Part shown: piece after piece, positions 1-9,387 of the stretch
How the letters are laid out: each line of letters starts with the position of its first letter
Numbering within the stretch: position 1 is the first letter of the stretch
Assembly: GCA_019326865.1 (NCBI GenBank)
Contig: GCA_019326865.1_4101.1
Source of the DNA: a phage
DNA: 64,000 nt
Reading direction: 5' to 3' (one strand)
Program-made: the position numbers and the translations under genes
Notes under the pieces: generated by a model
What the model saw: only the letters and a program-made list of their open reading frames with translations
What the model was told of the DNA's origin: nothing
Databases searched by the model: none

Positions 1-818
1 GGATCATATTTTAGTCCATCAATTTCCCATTGATGATTACATCCATCACATTCAACTTCCATACTATGTGAAACTCCAATTTCAAGTACTTCATCCATTT
101 TTTCACGAATTAGTTTAAGAACTCCTTTTGATTGTTGACCAAGCCATTCATTAATGAATTCTTTTTCAACTACTTCATCGCCATCTGGAGTGATGATTTT
201 TGCAATAACTCCACCAATCATATCAAAGTTTAGTTGTGCCATATTTTCAAACACTTCAGAAAATATTTTTACTTTTTCCTCTTGTTCAATCTCAGCAGTT
301 TCTAGAAACTTAGTTTTCTGCTGCTCACTGAACATACGCTCAGCAAACGATGAATATTCTTTCCATGTTAGTGGTCTAAACTCTAAACGTAGTCCATTAT
401 CTAAATCAATAGATGGGATTTCTTCGAATGCTTGTGCAGTTTCAAGAAGATATGATAGATTACGTTCAAAACGACCTTCTTTTTCACATTCAGGACATAC
501 AGCGTTAATATCATATGTTTCTTCTTTAGATGCAACTTTAATAGCAATAAGAAGCATTTCAACGTCATTTACATATAACTCATCAGCATCAATAACATTA
601 GGAACACAGTTTTCAATGACACGTGATACTGCATCGCCGTTTAGTAACATATCTGGTGTATTGAGTGTCATTTCATCACGTGCACTACGTGCACAAACGC
701 CACATTTGACACCTTTTGGACCTAAAACTCCGTCTTTATAAGGAATAATTCCGTTACTAACTAATTTTGTACTGATCTCTTCAATTTTAGTGTACTTAGC
801 AAGTGGATTCATAGCCAT
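1..818 (-). CDS. hypothetical protein with paired-Cys (Zn-ribbon-like) motifs; 3' end lies outside the window
   Basis: ATG at 818-816 opens a minus-strand frame that stays open to the window edge; hand translation MAMNPLAKYTKIEEIS...CGVCARS...CPECEKEG...ECDGCNHQWEIDGLKYD. The listed + ORF 154..741 is its Ser-rich shadow. Confidence 0.5.
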   Translation of the reverse strand, partial: MAMNPLAKYTKIEEISTKLVSNGIIPYKDGVLGPKGVKCGVCARSARDEMTLNTPDMLLNGDAVSRVIENCVPNVIDADELYVNDVEMLLIAIKVASKEETYDINAVCPECEKEGRFERNLSYLLETAQAFEEIPSIDLDNGLRLEFRPLTWKEYSSFAERMFSEQQKTKFLETAEIEQEEKVKIFSEVFENMAQLNFDMIGGVIAKIITPDGDEVVEKEFINEWLGQQSKGVLKLIREKMDEVLEIGVSHSMEVECDGCNHQWEIDGLKYD

Positions 819-949
819 TTTTGTTAAATCTCCATGTAATAAATGTGTTTATAGTATTTATGAACTCAATAAAGATCAAATAAACCATTTTTTATAATCA
901 CAATAGTTTTATAAATATTTCTATAATACATTTATTAAAAGGGAATGTT

Positions 950-3154
950 ATGGCTGGAAATACAAGTGATTACCTACTCCAGCAGTTGGTTAATCAAACT
1001 AAAGATAACAACGATAGTTTGAGTGCTATACGTGAGTTATTGGCTGAAAATATAAAAAATGACAGAAAGAAGTCTGGTTCTAAAAGTGGAAAACGCAATA
1101 GTAGCAATTCATCAAGTACTGGAAATCGTGGTTCACGAACTAGTAACAAGAGTGCTGATGATAAAGAATTTGGTAAAATATTCAAATCATTATCATCGGA
1201 AGTATCAAATGTTGGTAAAACTATGATGAGCACTTCTGCAAATGTTAGTAATGTTGTCAATTCAATGGGAATGAGTGCATCTTCATTTGCTGGAACATTG
1301 TCAATGATTCCTGGTCCTGTTGGTGCAGCAGCAACTGCTTTTAAATTGGTCGCTGACGTTGGTATGGCAGTATATAATGTATTAAACGCACAACTTGAAG
1401 TTTATAATAGAATAAACAGTGCTGGTGTTGCCCTATCTGAAGGTTATGGTTCCATATTAAAAGGTGCAGGTGCATCAATGATGAGTGTTGATGCATTTGG
1501 TGAAGCATTACAAACACATAGTTCTGTTGTTGCACAATTGGATGGAGCATATGGTGATGGTGTTTCCACCTTTGGTAAATTATTGGGTACTGTACAACAG
1601 GCACAAAATCAATTAGGCTTATATGGGGTATCACAAAAAACACTAACTGATTTAACTGCACGTAATATTAAATTCCAAAAGCAATTTGGTGGAAGAGAAA
1701 TGTTACGTAGTATGGATCAAGCAAAAAGTACTGAACAGTTTGTCATGAGCATGACTAAGTTCAGTAAAAGTATGGGTGAGTCAGTTGATGCACTATTAAA
1801 TAAAACACAAAACTTAGATAAATCATTAGATACACGTTCAATGCAAATAGCATTACAGAACTATTCTGGGTTATCAGGTAAAGCAGCAGTCGAAACGTCA
1901 AAAGCATTTAACGAAGCTGCTGCGAGTATGGGTGATGTAGGTGCAGATTTCCTACGTTTAATTTCACATCGTTTAACCATAGGTGGTGTACCAGATGATT
2001 TATTGACTCCAGTACTTAATCAATTTGCTGACTTAGGTGAGAACTTGGTACGTAGTGGTGTTACTGATTCGCAAGAAATTCGTCGCCAGCAGATAGAATT
2101 TGTTAAAAAGAACAAAGAATTAATAAAGCAAGATTTATTACATCAGATTAATTTAGGAAACACTACTGCTGCAATCTTCAACCAACAACTGCTTGATATG
2201 GAAGCTGCGATAAACGATCCTAAGAGTCAACCAGCAGATAAACTAACACAATTCACTGATAGATTCAATAGATGGATTAGTAAAGAATTTTCTGCACCAT
2301 TTAATAAAATGTACGCAGATACTCAAAATTCTATTGCCGATTACCTTACTGATATTGCTGATCGAACCGATGGTGCATGGGAGTTTATTGGTCAGTTAGC
2401 ACTTGATGGGTTTGGTTTAGTTCCAATTGCGAAAGATGCAGTTGCGTATTTGGATAGGATTGGCGGTGAGTTTGAGCAGTGGTTAGACGGTTTAGGTACT
2501 GAAATTTTTGGTAGTGGATACAATAAAGTTTCAGAATCATTTAATAATTTCATGAATAACTTAATGGATTTACCTGGTAAATTATGGGATTCAGTCAAAG
2601 GTTGGTTTGGTGGTTCAAGTGATAAAGTAAAAGTTGATAATAACCCTGTTACTGATGGTGCTGAAAAAGTTAACAGCTACTTCGAAGAAAAAATGAATTC
2701 ATTTGGTGATTATATTTCTAATTCATTTGATCATTTTTTAAAATGGAATTCAAGCAGGAACTTCAAACAGCCCAAACCATTAGATGAATCTGTAGCAGAA
2801 AAACTTATTAGTAGTGGTCTTGAAAATAAACCAAGTGCAACTGCTAGAATAGAAAAATCTGAACATGTTGCACCTTATGTTACTATTACTCCTAAAACAT
2901 TCGATAAATCAGCATGGGGTCCGAATGAACCACCGATTCAAGCACAACCTGACGATTATGAGTCAATGAAAGCGATGATAAATAATGGTAGTAGTATGGC
3001 AAATGCTAATAATAATGCCACAATTTCAGAAGACATGAAAGAATTACTTAAAAAACTTGCTGATGTTAACGAGCAATCCCTATCTGCTGTACAACAGACA
3101 AATAACTATCTAAGAACTATCTCTGAAAACACTCAAGGTGAGAGAAACAGTTAA
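950..3154 (+). CDS. large hypothetical protein (734 aa), Ser/Asn/Gly-rich N-terminus, helical middle; possibly virion-associated
   Basis: Long ORF ending 12 nt before the portal gene; TATAAATA element at 910-917 upstream. No motif recognised. Confidence 0.55.
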   Translation: MAGNTSDYLLQQLVNQTKDNNDSLSAIRELLAENIKNDRKKSGSKSGKRNSSNSSSTGNRGSRTSNKSADDKEFGKIFKSLSSEVSNVGKTMMSTSANVSNVVNSMGMSASSFAGTLSMIPGPVGAAATAFKLVADVGMAVYNVLNAQLEVYNRINSAGVALSEGYGSILKGAGASMMSVDAFGEALQTHSSVVAQLDGAYGDGVSTFGKLLGTVQQAQNQLGLYGVSQKTLTDLTARNIKFQKQFGGREMLRSMDQAKSTEQFVMSMTKFSKSMGESVDALLNKTQNLDKSLDTRSMQIALQNYSGLSGKAAVETSKAFNEAAASMGDVGADFLRLISHRLTIGGVPDDLLTPVLNQFADLGENLVRSGVTDSQEIRRQQIEFVKKNKELIKQDLLHQINLGNTTAAIFNQQLLDMEAAINDPKSQPADKLTQFTDRFNRWISKEFSAPFNKMYADTQNSIADYLTDIADRTDGAWEFIGQLALDGFGLVPIAKDAVAYLDRIGGEFEQWLDGLGTEIFGSGYNKVSESFNNFMNNLMDLPGKLWDSVKGWFGGSSDKVKVDNNPVTDGAEKVNSYFEEKMNSFGDYISNSFDHFLKWNSSRNFKQPKPLDESVAEKLISSGLENKPSATARIEKSEHVAPYVTITPKTFDKSAWGPNEPPIQAQPDDYESMKAMINNGSSMANANNNATISEDMKELLKKLADVNEQSLSAVQQTNNYLRTISENTQGERNS

Positions 3155-3165
3155 GGACGAAAATA

Positions 3166-4905
3166 ATGAGTTGGAAACGACATATGACAGTGGGAAGGTC
3201 AAAGCTATCGACTATCCCAAATCAGTCCAATAATAGCAATAAATCAACAGGAACAAAAACCAATTTTGCTTCCTATCTTCCAGTTGTATATAATGGATTG
3301 GCAAACCGTACTGAACGTTATAGTCAGTATGAGCAAATGGACCAAGACCCTGAAATTAGAACTGCATTGAATATCATTGCTGACTTTTGTACTCAAAGTA
3401 CTGAAGATTATGGTTTACCATATAAAATAAAATACAAAGATGATATTGGAGATACTGAAGTAACAACGATTGAAGATCGTTTAGATGCATGGACTGAACA
3501 AAATGATTTTAAAACACGAATGTATGAGATTGTACGTGGTCTTTTGAAATATGGGGACCAGTTTTTTATCCGAGATCCAGAAACATTTGATTGGTATTGG
3601 GTGAGTCCAAAAAACGTCGAACAAGTATTTGTTAATGAAGCAACTGGGAAAACACCAGTAATTTATTACATACGTGATGTATCATTAAACTTAAAAGATA
3701 AAGTTTATAGTAATCTACAAGTTGGATTCGATAAAACCGCTTATCCTGGTGCTATTCCTACAACAATGGGTGGTGGTGGTTCTGTCGCTGCTGGCGGTGC
3801 ATCTGGATTCACTAGTCAAGGTAATACTGCTGACCCTTTCAGCACTAATGGTCAATTAGATGTTATTCCTGTTGGTGCAGAACACGTAATCCATTTGACG
3901 CTAAATACTGGACAAGATGGAGTATGGCCTTTTGGTACTAGTATACTTGAGGATGTATTCAAAGTTTATAAACAAAAAGAACTTCTAGAAGATAGTATCA
4001 TAATTTATCGTGTACAACGTGCTCCAGAACGTCGTGTTTTTAAAATCGATGTTGGTGATATGCAAGCACATCAGGCAATGGCTTATGTGGAAAGATTTAA
4101 AAACGAAATTCATCAGCGTAGAATACCTTCAAACAAAGGTGGAAGTACTTCTTTAATGGATGCAGCATATAATCCTTTAAGTATATTAGAAGATTACTTT
4201 TTCCCACAAACTTCTGAAGGTCGTGGTTCGGATGTTCAAACTTTACCAGGTGGTGATAACTTAGGGCAAATTGATGACTTACGCTACTTCAATAATAAAT
4301 TGATACGTGGTCTTCAAATACCAGCTTCCTATCTACCACAAGGTCCAGATGATGGTGGTGTTTCATTATTTGGTGATGGTGCAACACAAGCTATGGCAAG
4401 TGAATTACGATTCAATAATCAATGTATGCGTTATCAGCGTTTAGTTGCGAAACATTTTGATGCTGAATTCAAAAGATTTATGGTAAAAAATGGATATAAT
4501 ATTAGTACTTCATCATTTGAAGTCATTATGAATCCACCAATTAACTTAGCTTCTTATCGTAAAGCTGAATTGGATGCTAAATTAATTAATACATATCTAC
4601 CTCTTAATGATTTACCTTATATGGCTAAACAAACAATTCTTGAGAAAATGGGCTTTTCTAAAGCAGATATTGTTAAGAATGAACAAATGTGGTTACAAGA
4701 GAATCCACAAGATGGTTCTCAACCTTCTAGTGGTGAAGAAGATTCTGCTGGATTACAGTCTGTTGGTATTGATGCACCAAATGACCCAGGTATGGATCTT
4801 GGTATTGACGGTGATGGTAATTTAGAAAGTGCTGATTCCGAATATCAAGAACAACAAAGTGGAAGTGATGGTTTCAATCCTAATAATTTAGGCAATTCTT
4901 TTTAA
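3166..4905 (+). CDS. gp20: portal vertex protein (T4 gp20-like)
   Basis: Segment IIIYRVQRAPERRVFKIDVGDMQAHQAMAYVERFKN matches T4 gp20 [32 protein letters not shown]; size and position before the core/protease/scaffold/MCP genes. Confidence 0.85.
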   Translation: MSWKRHMTVGRSKLSTIPNQSNNSNKSTGTKTNFASYLPVVYNGLANRTERYSQYEQMDQDPEIRTALNIIADFCTQSTEDYGLPYKIKYKDDIGDTEVTTIEDRLDAWTEQNDFKTRMYEIVRGLLKYGDQFFIRDPETFDWYWVSPKNVEQVFVNEATGKTPVIYYIRDVSLNLKDKVYSNLQVGFDKTAYPGAIPTTMGGGGSVAAGGASGFTSQGNTADPFSTNGQLDVIPVGAEHVIHLTLNTGQDGVWPFGTSILEDVFKVYKQKELLEDSIIIYRVQRAPERRVFKIDVGDMQAHQAMAYVERFKNEIHQRRIPSNKGGSTSLMDAAYNPLSILEDYFFPQTSEGRGSDVQTLPGGDNLGQIDDLRYFNNKLIRGLQIPASYLPQGPDDGGVSLFGDGATQAMASELRFNNQCMRYQRLVAKHFDAEFKRFMVKNGYNISTSSFEVIMNPPINLASYRKAELDAKLINTYLPLNDLPYMAKQTILEKMGFSKADIVKNEQMWLQENPQDGSQPSSGEEDSAGLQSVGIDAPNDPGMDLGIDGDGNLESADSEYQEQQSGSDGFNPNNLGNSF

Positions 4906-4926
4906 ACATAAATAACAGTGTATAAG

Positions 4927-4952
4927 AATGAGGGTTTATATTAGCCCTCATT
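4927..4952 (+). terminator. hairpin after portal gene (aatgaggg / ccctcatt)
   Basis: 8-bp inverted repeat with 10-nt loop, followed by tttataat. Confidence 0.35.
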
Positions 4953-4978
4953 TATAATGCATATTTCAAGGAGATTGA

Positions 4979-5206
4979 ATGTTAAAGGACATCTTTGAAT
5001 CTAGCAGTGATTCAATGTACGACCCTGAAGATGATCAGAACGTATATAAAATTACTGACTCCAGAAAACCAAAACTAACATTACAAGTATTAAATAACTT
5101 AAGAAAGTATCGTGAATTTAAAGCACATGAGGAACAACGCCGCAAAAATGTGGTTGCTGTTGTTTATGCATCTACCCCAACAGGTGATGATTCTGGATTA
5201 ATGTAA
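4979..5206 (+). CDS. small hypothetical protein (possible prohead core protein, gp67 position)
   Basis: 75-aa ORF between portal and protease genes; call is positional only. Confidence 0.4.
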   Translation: MLKDIFESSSDSMYDPEDDQNVYKITDSRKPKLTLQVLNNLRKYREFKAHEEQRRKNVVAVVYASTPTGDDSGLM

Positions 5207-5250
5207 ATCAAAAATCGCACTTTTTTAAGCTTTTAAAAAAGGTGATTTTA

Positions 5251-5295
5251 TTCAGTACTAAATAATATCATACTTTATACGAATATAATATATCT
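5251..5295 (+). promoter_or_regulatory. conserved ~45-bp upstream block with TAAATAAT core (late-promoter-like)
   Basis: ttcagtactaaataatatcatactttatacgaatataatat is near-identical to the block at 7995-8040 upstream of the capsid gene. Confidence 0.45.
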
Positions 5296-5307
5296 ATGGA
5301 GGATATA

Positions 5308-6138
5308 ATGGCGAATTTAAAACTACTACAAGAAGCAATTGCGGCGTTTGCAAATGGTGAACAAGATATTGCTGATAAAAAAATGCGTAAGTATTTTGTT
5401 GAGCAAGCACAAGAAATTAACAAGAAGCTAGAAGAAAGCATGGAAGATGAAGACGAGGAAGTTGAAGTCGAAGATGAAGAACAGCTTGACGAAGATTTTG
5501 ATGTGCAACCAGATGCTGGTCTAAATGCTGAAATCGAATACACACTTGGTGAAGAAGATGAAAGTGCAGAAGATGAAGTTGAGTTTTCTGCTGATGCTGA
5601 TGGTGACGGTGAAGATGATGTTGATGTGGAAGTGAAGGCAGATGCTGATGTTCCTTCTGAAGATCAATGGGAATCAATTCAGGATGCTTTCCGTGGTTTA
5701 CAACAAATGTTTGATGAAATTGGTGATGGCGAAGTTGACCTAGATTCCGATGAAGAAGTTGAAGATAGTGAAGAAGAAGTCGGTGTTGACGGGGAAGACG
5801 AATTTGCTGACGTTGAATTCGGTGATGAAAAAATTGGTGAATCCTTCAAACTAGAAAAAGTTGCACCTGTCGACAAGAAAGAAAAAGCTGGTACTCATAC
5901 TAAATCCCCAGTAGCACCTGAAGCAAAATCCCCAGTAGCAGGAGCAGAACCAGTTAAATTTGCAAAGAAAACTGATCAAGCACCACTAGTAGACCTAGAT
6001 GATAAATCTGTTCTACCAAAAGATAACCTTGATCTTGGTAAAAATGCTCGCGGTGAAATGAAAGATGTAAAAGCACCAAAAACTACTGCATCAAATTCTA
6101 AATCACCACTAAGTAAAGCACAACCTAAAGTAAAATAA
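5308..6138 (+). CDS. highly acidic protein (possible prohead core or internal protein, gp68 position)
   Basis: RBS ggagga 5 nt upstream of ATG 5308; long D/E runs (EDEDEEVEVEDEEQ, DSDEEVEDSEEEV); lies between portal and protease. Confidence 0.5.
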   Translation: MANLKLLQEAIAAFANGEQDIADKKMRKYFVEQAQEINKKLEESMEDEDEEVEVEDEEQLDEDFDVQPDAGLNAEIEYTLGEEDESAEDEVEFSADADGDGEDDVDVEVKADADVPSEDQWESIQDAFRGLQQMFDEIGDGEVDLDSDEEVEDSEEEVGVDGEDEFADVEFGDEKIGESFKLEKVAPVDKKEKAGTHTKSPVAPEAKSPVAGAEPVKFAKKTDQAPLVDLDDKSVLPKDNLDLGKNARGEMKDVKAPKTTASNSKSPLSKAQPKVK

Positions 6139-6158
6139 ATAAATGAAAGGAGATCATT

Positions 6159-6782
6159 ATGAGTAGTATGATACGTGAATGGTCTTCATTCAATGATTCT
6201 AAAGTTGTTTTGGAACATCGTGATAATGGGTTTGGTGGGCGTGATTGTTACCTTCGTGGTATTGCAATTCAAGCAGACCAACGCAATTTGAACGAGAGAA
6301 TTTACCCTTTATCTGAAATTACAAGAGCAGTAAATAATATGAATCAGCGTTTAGCTAAAGGTGAAAGTATTCTTGTTGAATGTGACCATCCAGAAACACT
6401 GACTATTAATTTAGACCGAGTAGCAGCAATGATTACTAAGGTTTGGATGGAAGGTGCAAATGGTATGGCTGAAATCAAATTACTTGATACTGCACATGGT
6501 CAGAATATCCGTAAAATGCTAGAGGCTGGTGTAAAACTTGGTGTAAGTTCTCGCGGTTCCGGTAACGTAGATTATAATGGAATAGTTTCTGATTTTGAAA
6601 TTATCACTATTGATATTGTTGCTCAACCTAGTGCTCCAGAAGCATACCCAACAGCGGTATTTGAATCTCTGATGAGTAAGTACGGATCACCTTGTAATGG
6701 TTCTAAAAAAATCACTGAATCTAAAAAAGTAAATAATTTAGATTCTGAAATATACGATTTTTTCAAGAAATTAAAAGGTTAA
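6159..6782 (+). CDS. gp21: prohead core protease (T4 gp21-like)
   Basis: RIYPLSEI...LVECDHPETLTINLDRVAAMI...GVSSRGSG...IVAQPSAPEAY aligns with T4 gp21 LYPKRILE...GELNHPPRANVDP...GVSSRGLG...VWGPSAPDAW. Confidence 0.85.
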   Translation: MSSMIREWSSFNDSKVVLEHRDNGFGGRDCYLRGIAIQADQRNLNERIYPLSEITRAVNNMNQRLAKGESILVECDHPETLTINLDRVAAMITKVWMEGANGMAEIKLLDTAHGQNIRKMLEAGVKLGVSSRGSGNVDYNGIVSDFEIITIDIVAQPSAPEAYPTAVFESLMSKYGSPCNGSKKITESKKVNNLDSEIYDFFKKLKG

Positions 6783-6798
6783 CATTTTAAAAATATAA

Positions 6799-6824
6799 AT
6801 ATCTGTATGTTGAAGTACAGATAT
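6799..6824 (+). other. 9-bp-stem hairpin (atatctgta / tacagatat) in the protease-scaffold intergenic region
   Basis: Perfect inverted repeat immediately after a TATAAATA element at 6794-6801; no T-run follows. Confidence 0.4.
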
Positions 6825-6848
6825 TTCAGTACTTAAAGGAGAGAACGA

Positions 6849-7964
6849 ATGTCTAAATTAGAAAAGCTTCTAAAAGAATCATCTCTTTCTGATGAGGCAA
6901 AACAGCTAATTCAGGAAGCATGGAATGAAGAAAAGAACACACTAGCCGCAGAGATGCGTGAAGAAATGAAAGGCCGTTATCAGCAAGATTTGGCTGAACT
7001 AACCGAAGGATTGAACACTATGGTTACTCAAGTCATTGCTGAAGAAATGGGTGCTGTATATGAAGAGAAAAAACGTCTTGTTGAAGATCGTGTAACTCTA
7101 CGTAAAACACTAAGTAATTTCTCTGCGTTTTCAAATTCTGTTTTGGCTGAAGAAGTTAAACAAATGCGTAAAGAGCGTAAGCATCTACATGAATGCATGG
7201 GTAAATTCGTTAATTTTTCTAACGGTATCCTAGCAGAAGAACTAAAAGAATTCCACACAGAAAAACGTCAACTGGTTGAAGCTCGTGTAAAATTACTTGC
7301 AGAAGGTTCACGTCAAATTGCTGAAGCTCGTAATAACTTCATCAAACGTACATCTGAAAGTGCTGCTAAATATATTGCAGAGACAACACAGAAGAATCTA
7401 TATGCGTTAAAACAAGATCTAGTGGAAGCGAAACAAAATATGTTTGGTCGTAAAATCTTTGAAGCATTTGCTCAAGAATTTAATGTCAAACAATTCAATG
7501 AAAATTCATTGCTACGTTCACTAACTGAAACAATTAAATCTAAAGAAGATGAAATTGATCAAGTTAAGCAAGAACTACATGAAACTGTTAATGCGGTCAA
7601 AGCTGCTAAAACTAAACTACGTATTATGGAAGATGCACAAGCCCGTAATGCGATTATGTCTGAACTAGTAAAACCACTAACTGCACAGCAAAAACAAATT
7701 ATGGAATCCCTTCTAGCAACTTCACCTACTGAAAAGCTTAAAGAAGATTTCAGTAAGTACCATAAGTCAGTACTTAACGGTACTAAAGTAAATGAATCTG
7801 CTACCACTCGTCAAGCAGTTCAGTCTTCCGCTAAGAAAACTCTTGCAGAAGGTAAAGTGATCACTGGCAACCGTCAGGCTATTGTTGAAAGCGAAGAAAT
7901 GACCGCTGACGATATGGCATTCCTAAAAGAACTCGATGTTCTTTCGGGTATCAATAAAAAATAA
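6849..7964 (+). CDS. gp22: prohead scaffold protein (gp22-like, coiled-coil)
   Basis: K/E/L-rich helical 371-aa ORF directly between protease and major capsid genes; RBS aaaggagag. Confidence 0.6.
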   Translation: MSKLEKLLKESSLSDEAKQLIQEAWNEEKNTLAAEMREEMKGRYQQDLAELTEGLNTMVTQVIAEEMGAVYEEKKRLVEDRVTLRKTLSNFSAFSNSVLAEEVKQMRKERKHLHECMGKFVNFSNGILAEELKEFHTEKRQLVEARVKLLAEGSRQIAEARNNFIKRTSESAAKYIAETTQKNLYALKQDLVEAKQNMFGRKIFEAFAQEFNVKQFNENSLLRSLTETIKSKEDEIDQVKQELHETVNAVKAAKTKLRIMEDAQARNAIMSELVKPLTAQQKQIMESLLATSPTEKLKEDFSKYHKSVLNGTKVNESATTRQAVQSSAKKTLAEGKVITGNRQAIVESEEMTADDMAFLKELDVLSGINKK

Positions 7965-7994
7965 ACATTTTAAAGCATTTTAATAATCAATTTT

Positions 7995-8040
7995 TTCAGT
8001 TCTATAAATAATATCATACTGAAAAACGAATATAACATCT
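7995..8040 (+). promoter_or_regulatory. late-promoter-like element containing TATAAATA (8004-8011)
   Basis: ttcagttctataaataatatcatactgaaaaacgaatataacat; TATAAATA is the T4 late promoter consensus; ~45 nt upstream of the capsid gene. Confidence 0.5.
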
Positions 8041-8055
8041 TTAAGGAGATATATA

Positions 8056-9231
8056 ATGTCACAACTACTAAATGAATCCAAATGGGTAGCAGTAAAAGAG
8101 AAACTAGTTGAAGGTCTACAGGGTACTCGTAAGTCTGTAATGGAAACTGTTCTTGATAACCATCGTAAAGTTATGCTAACTGAATCCGCAACTTCTGGTG
8201 CAACTACCGCTGGTAATATCGCTACACTAAACAAAGTGATTCTACCAATTATGCGTCGTGTAATGCCAACTGTTATTGCTAACGAAATTATCGGTGTTCA
8301 GCCTATGACTGGTCCAGTCGGTCAAATTCACACCCTACGTGTACAATATGCTGATAATGCACCTGGTGTTATCGCTGGTGAAGAAATGCTTTCTCCATAC
8401 AAAATCGCTAAATCCTACTCTGGTGAACTAAATTCTGATAACAGCAATCCTCAAGCTGCTCCTACTAGCCAACTAGAAGGTACTATGGGTCGTCGCGTTA
8501 ACATCCGTATTCTACGTGAAACTGTTGAAGCGAAATCTCGTCGTCTATCTGCACGTTGGACTGTTGAATCTGCACAAGATGCTCAATCCCAACATGGTGT
8601 TGACGTTGAAGCAGAACTAATGGCTGCAATCGCTCAAGAAGTTACCGTAGAAATCGACCAAGAGCTACTAAGCCGTCTACGTGCACTACCAGGTGCTGCT
8701 GCTGTAACTTATGACCAATCTAAAGTTACTGGTGTTGCAACCTTCGTTGGTGATGAGCACGCTGCTCTAGCAACTCTAATTAACCGTCAAGCAAACGAAG
8801 TTGCTCGTCGTACTAAGCGTGGTGCTGCAAACTGGGCTGTTGTTTCCCCAACTGCACTAACCATTCTACAATCTGCTACTACTTCTAGCTTTGCACGTAC
8901 CACTGAAGGTACTTTCGAAGCACCAACTAACGTTAAGTTTGTAGGTACTCTAAACAGCACTATGCGTATTTTTGTTGATACTTATGCAAGTGATTCAGAA
9001 GATATTCTAATTGGTTATAAAGGTAATGCAGAAACTGATGCTGGTGTGTTTTATTGCCCATACATCCCACTAATGGCGTCCGGTACTGTAATGGACCCTA
9101 ACACTGGAGAACTCGTAACCACTTTCTTAACCAGATACGGGTACGTTCAGTTGACCGATAGCACCAGTTCACTAGGTAACGCTGCTGACTACTACAGCAA
9201 AATCGCTATCAAAAACGTTACTTTCATGTAA
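8056..9231 (+). CDS. gp23: major capsid protein (T4 gp23 family, compact 391 aa)
   Basis: IANEIIGVQPMTGPVGQIHTLRVQY vs T4 gp23 IAFDICGVQPMNSPTGQVFALRAVY; RILRETVEAKSRRLSA vs RIDKQVIEAKSRQLKA; ILIGYKGNAETDAGVFYCPYIPL vs FTVGYKGPNEMDAGIYYAPYVAL. Confidence 0.9.
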   Translation: MSQLLNESKWVAVKEKLVEGLQGTRKSVMETVLDNHRKVMLTESATSGATTAGNIATLNKVILPIMRRVMPTVIANEIIGVQPMTGPVGQIHTLRVQYADNAPGVIAGEEMLSPYKIAKSYSGELNSDNSNPQAAPTSQLEGTMGRRVNIRILRETVEAKSRRLSARWTVESAQDAQSQHGVDVEAELMAAIAQEVTVEIDQELLSRLRALPGAAAVTYDQSKVTGVATFVGDEHAALATLINRQANEVARRTKRGAANWAVVSPTALTILQSATTSSFARTTEGTFEAPTNVKFVGTLNSTMRIFVDTYASDSEDILIGYKGNAETDAGVFYCPYIPLMASGTVMDPNTGELVTTFLTRYGYVQLTDSTSSLGNAADYYSKIAIKNVTFM

Positions 9232-9274
9232 TATTGATTTTTGTAGAATTTATAGAATAAAAAACTTTTATACT

Positions 9275-9302
9275 AGGGACTCTTCGGAGTCCCTTTTTTT
9301 TG
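9275..9302 (+). terminator. rho-independent terminator after capsid gene
   Basis: agggactc-ttcg-gagtccct hairpin followed by a T-run. Confidence 0.75.
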
Positions 9303-9324
9303 GTTTTTATATAACTAAAAGATC

Positions 9325-9353
9325 TTGACAGCACTTAACAATTGTAGTATCAT
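9325..9353 (+). promoter_or_regulatory. sigma70-like promoter TTGACA-N17-TATCAT
   Basis: ttgaca at 9325-9330, tatcat at 9348-9353; sits upstream of the GTG start at 9388. Confidence 0.5.
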
Positions 9354-9387
9354 ACGTGTAAATAAAGAAAAGAACTCGGAGAAAATC

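Noticed and set aside
154-741. Listed + strand ORF of 195 aa (Ser-rich, low complexity)
   Set aside because: It lies antisense to a better minus-strand ORF (1..818) that has an ATG and Cys-pair motifs; the composition is typical of a shadow frame.
5268-5876. Three listed minus-strand ORFs (5268..5543, 5417..5677, 5679..5876) rich in Ser, His or Leu
   Set aside because: They lie antisense to the GA-rich acidic-protein gene (5308..6138); such repeats produce long open shadow frames, and the proteins are low complexity.
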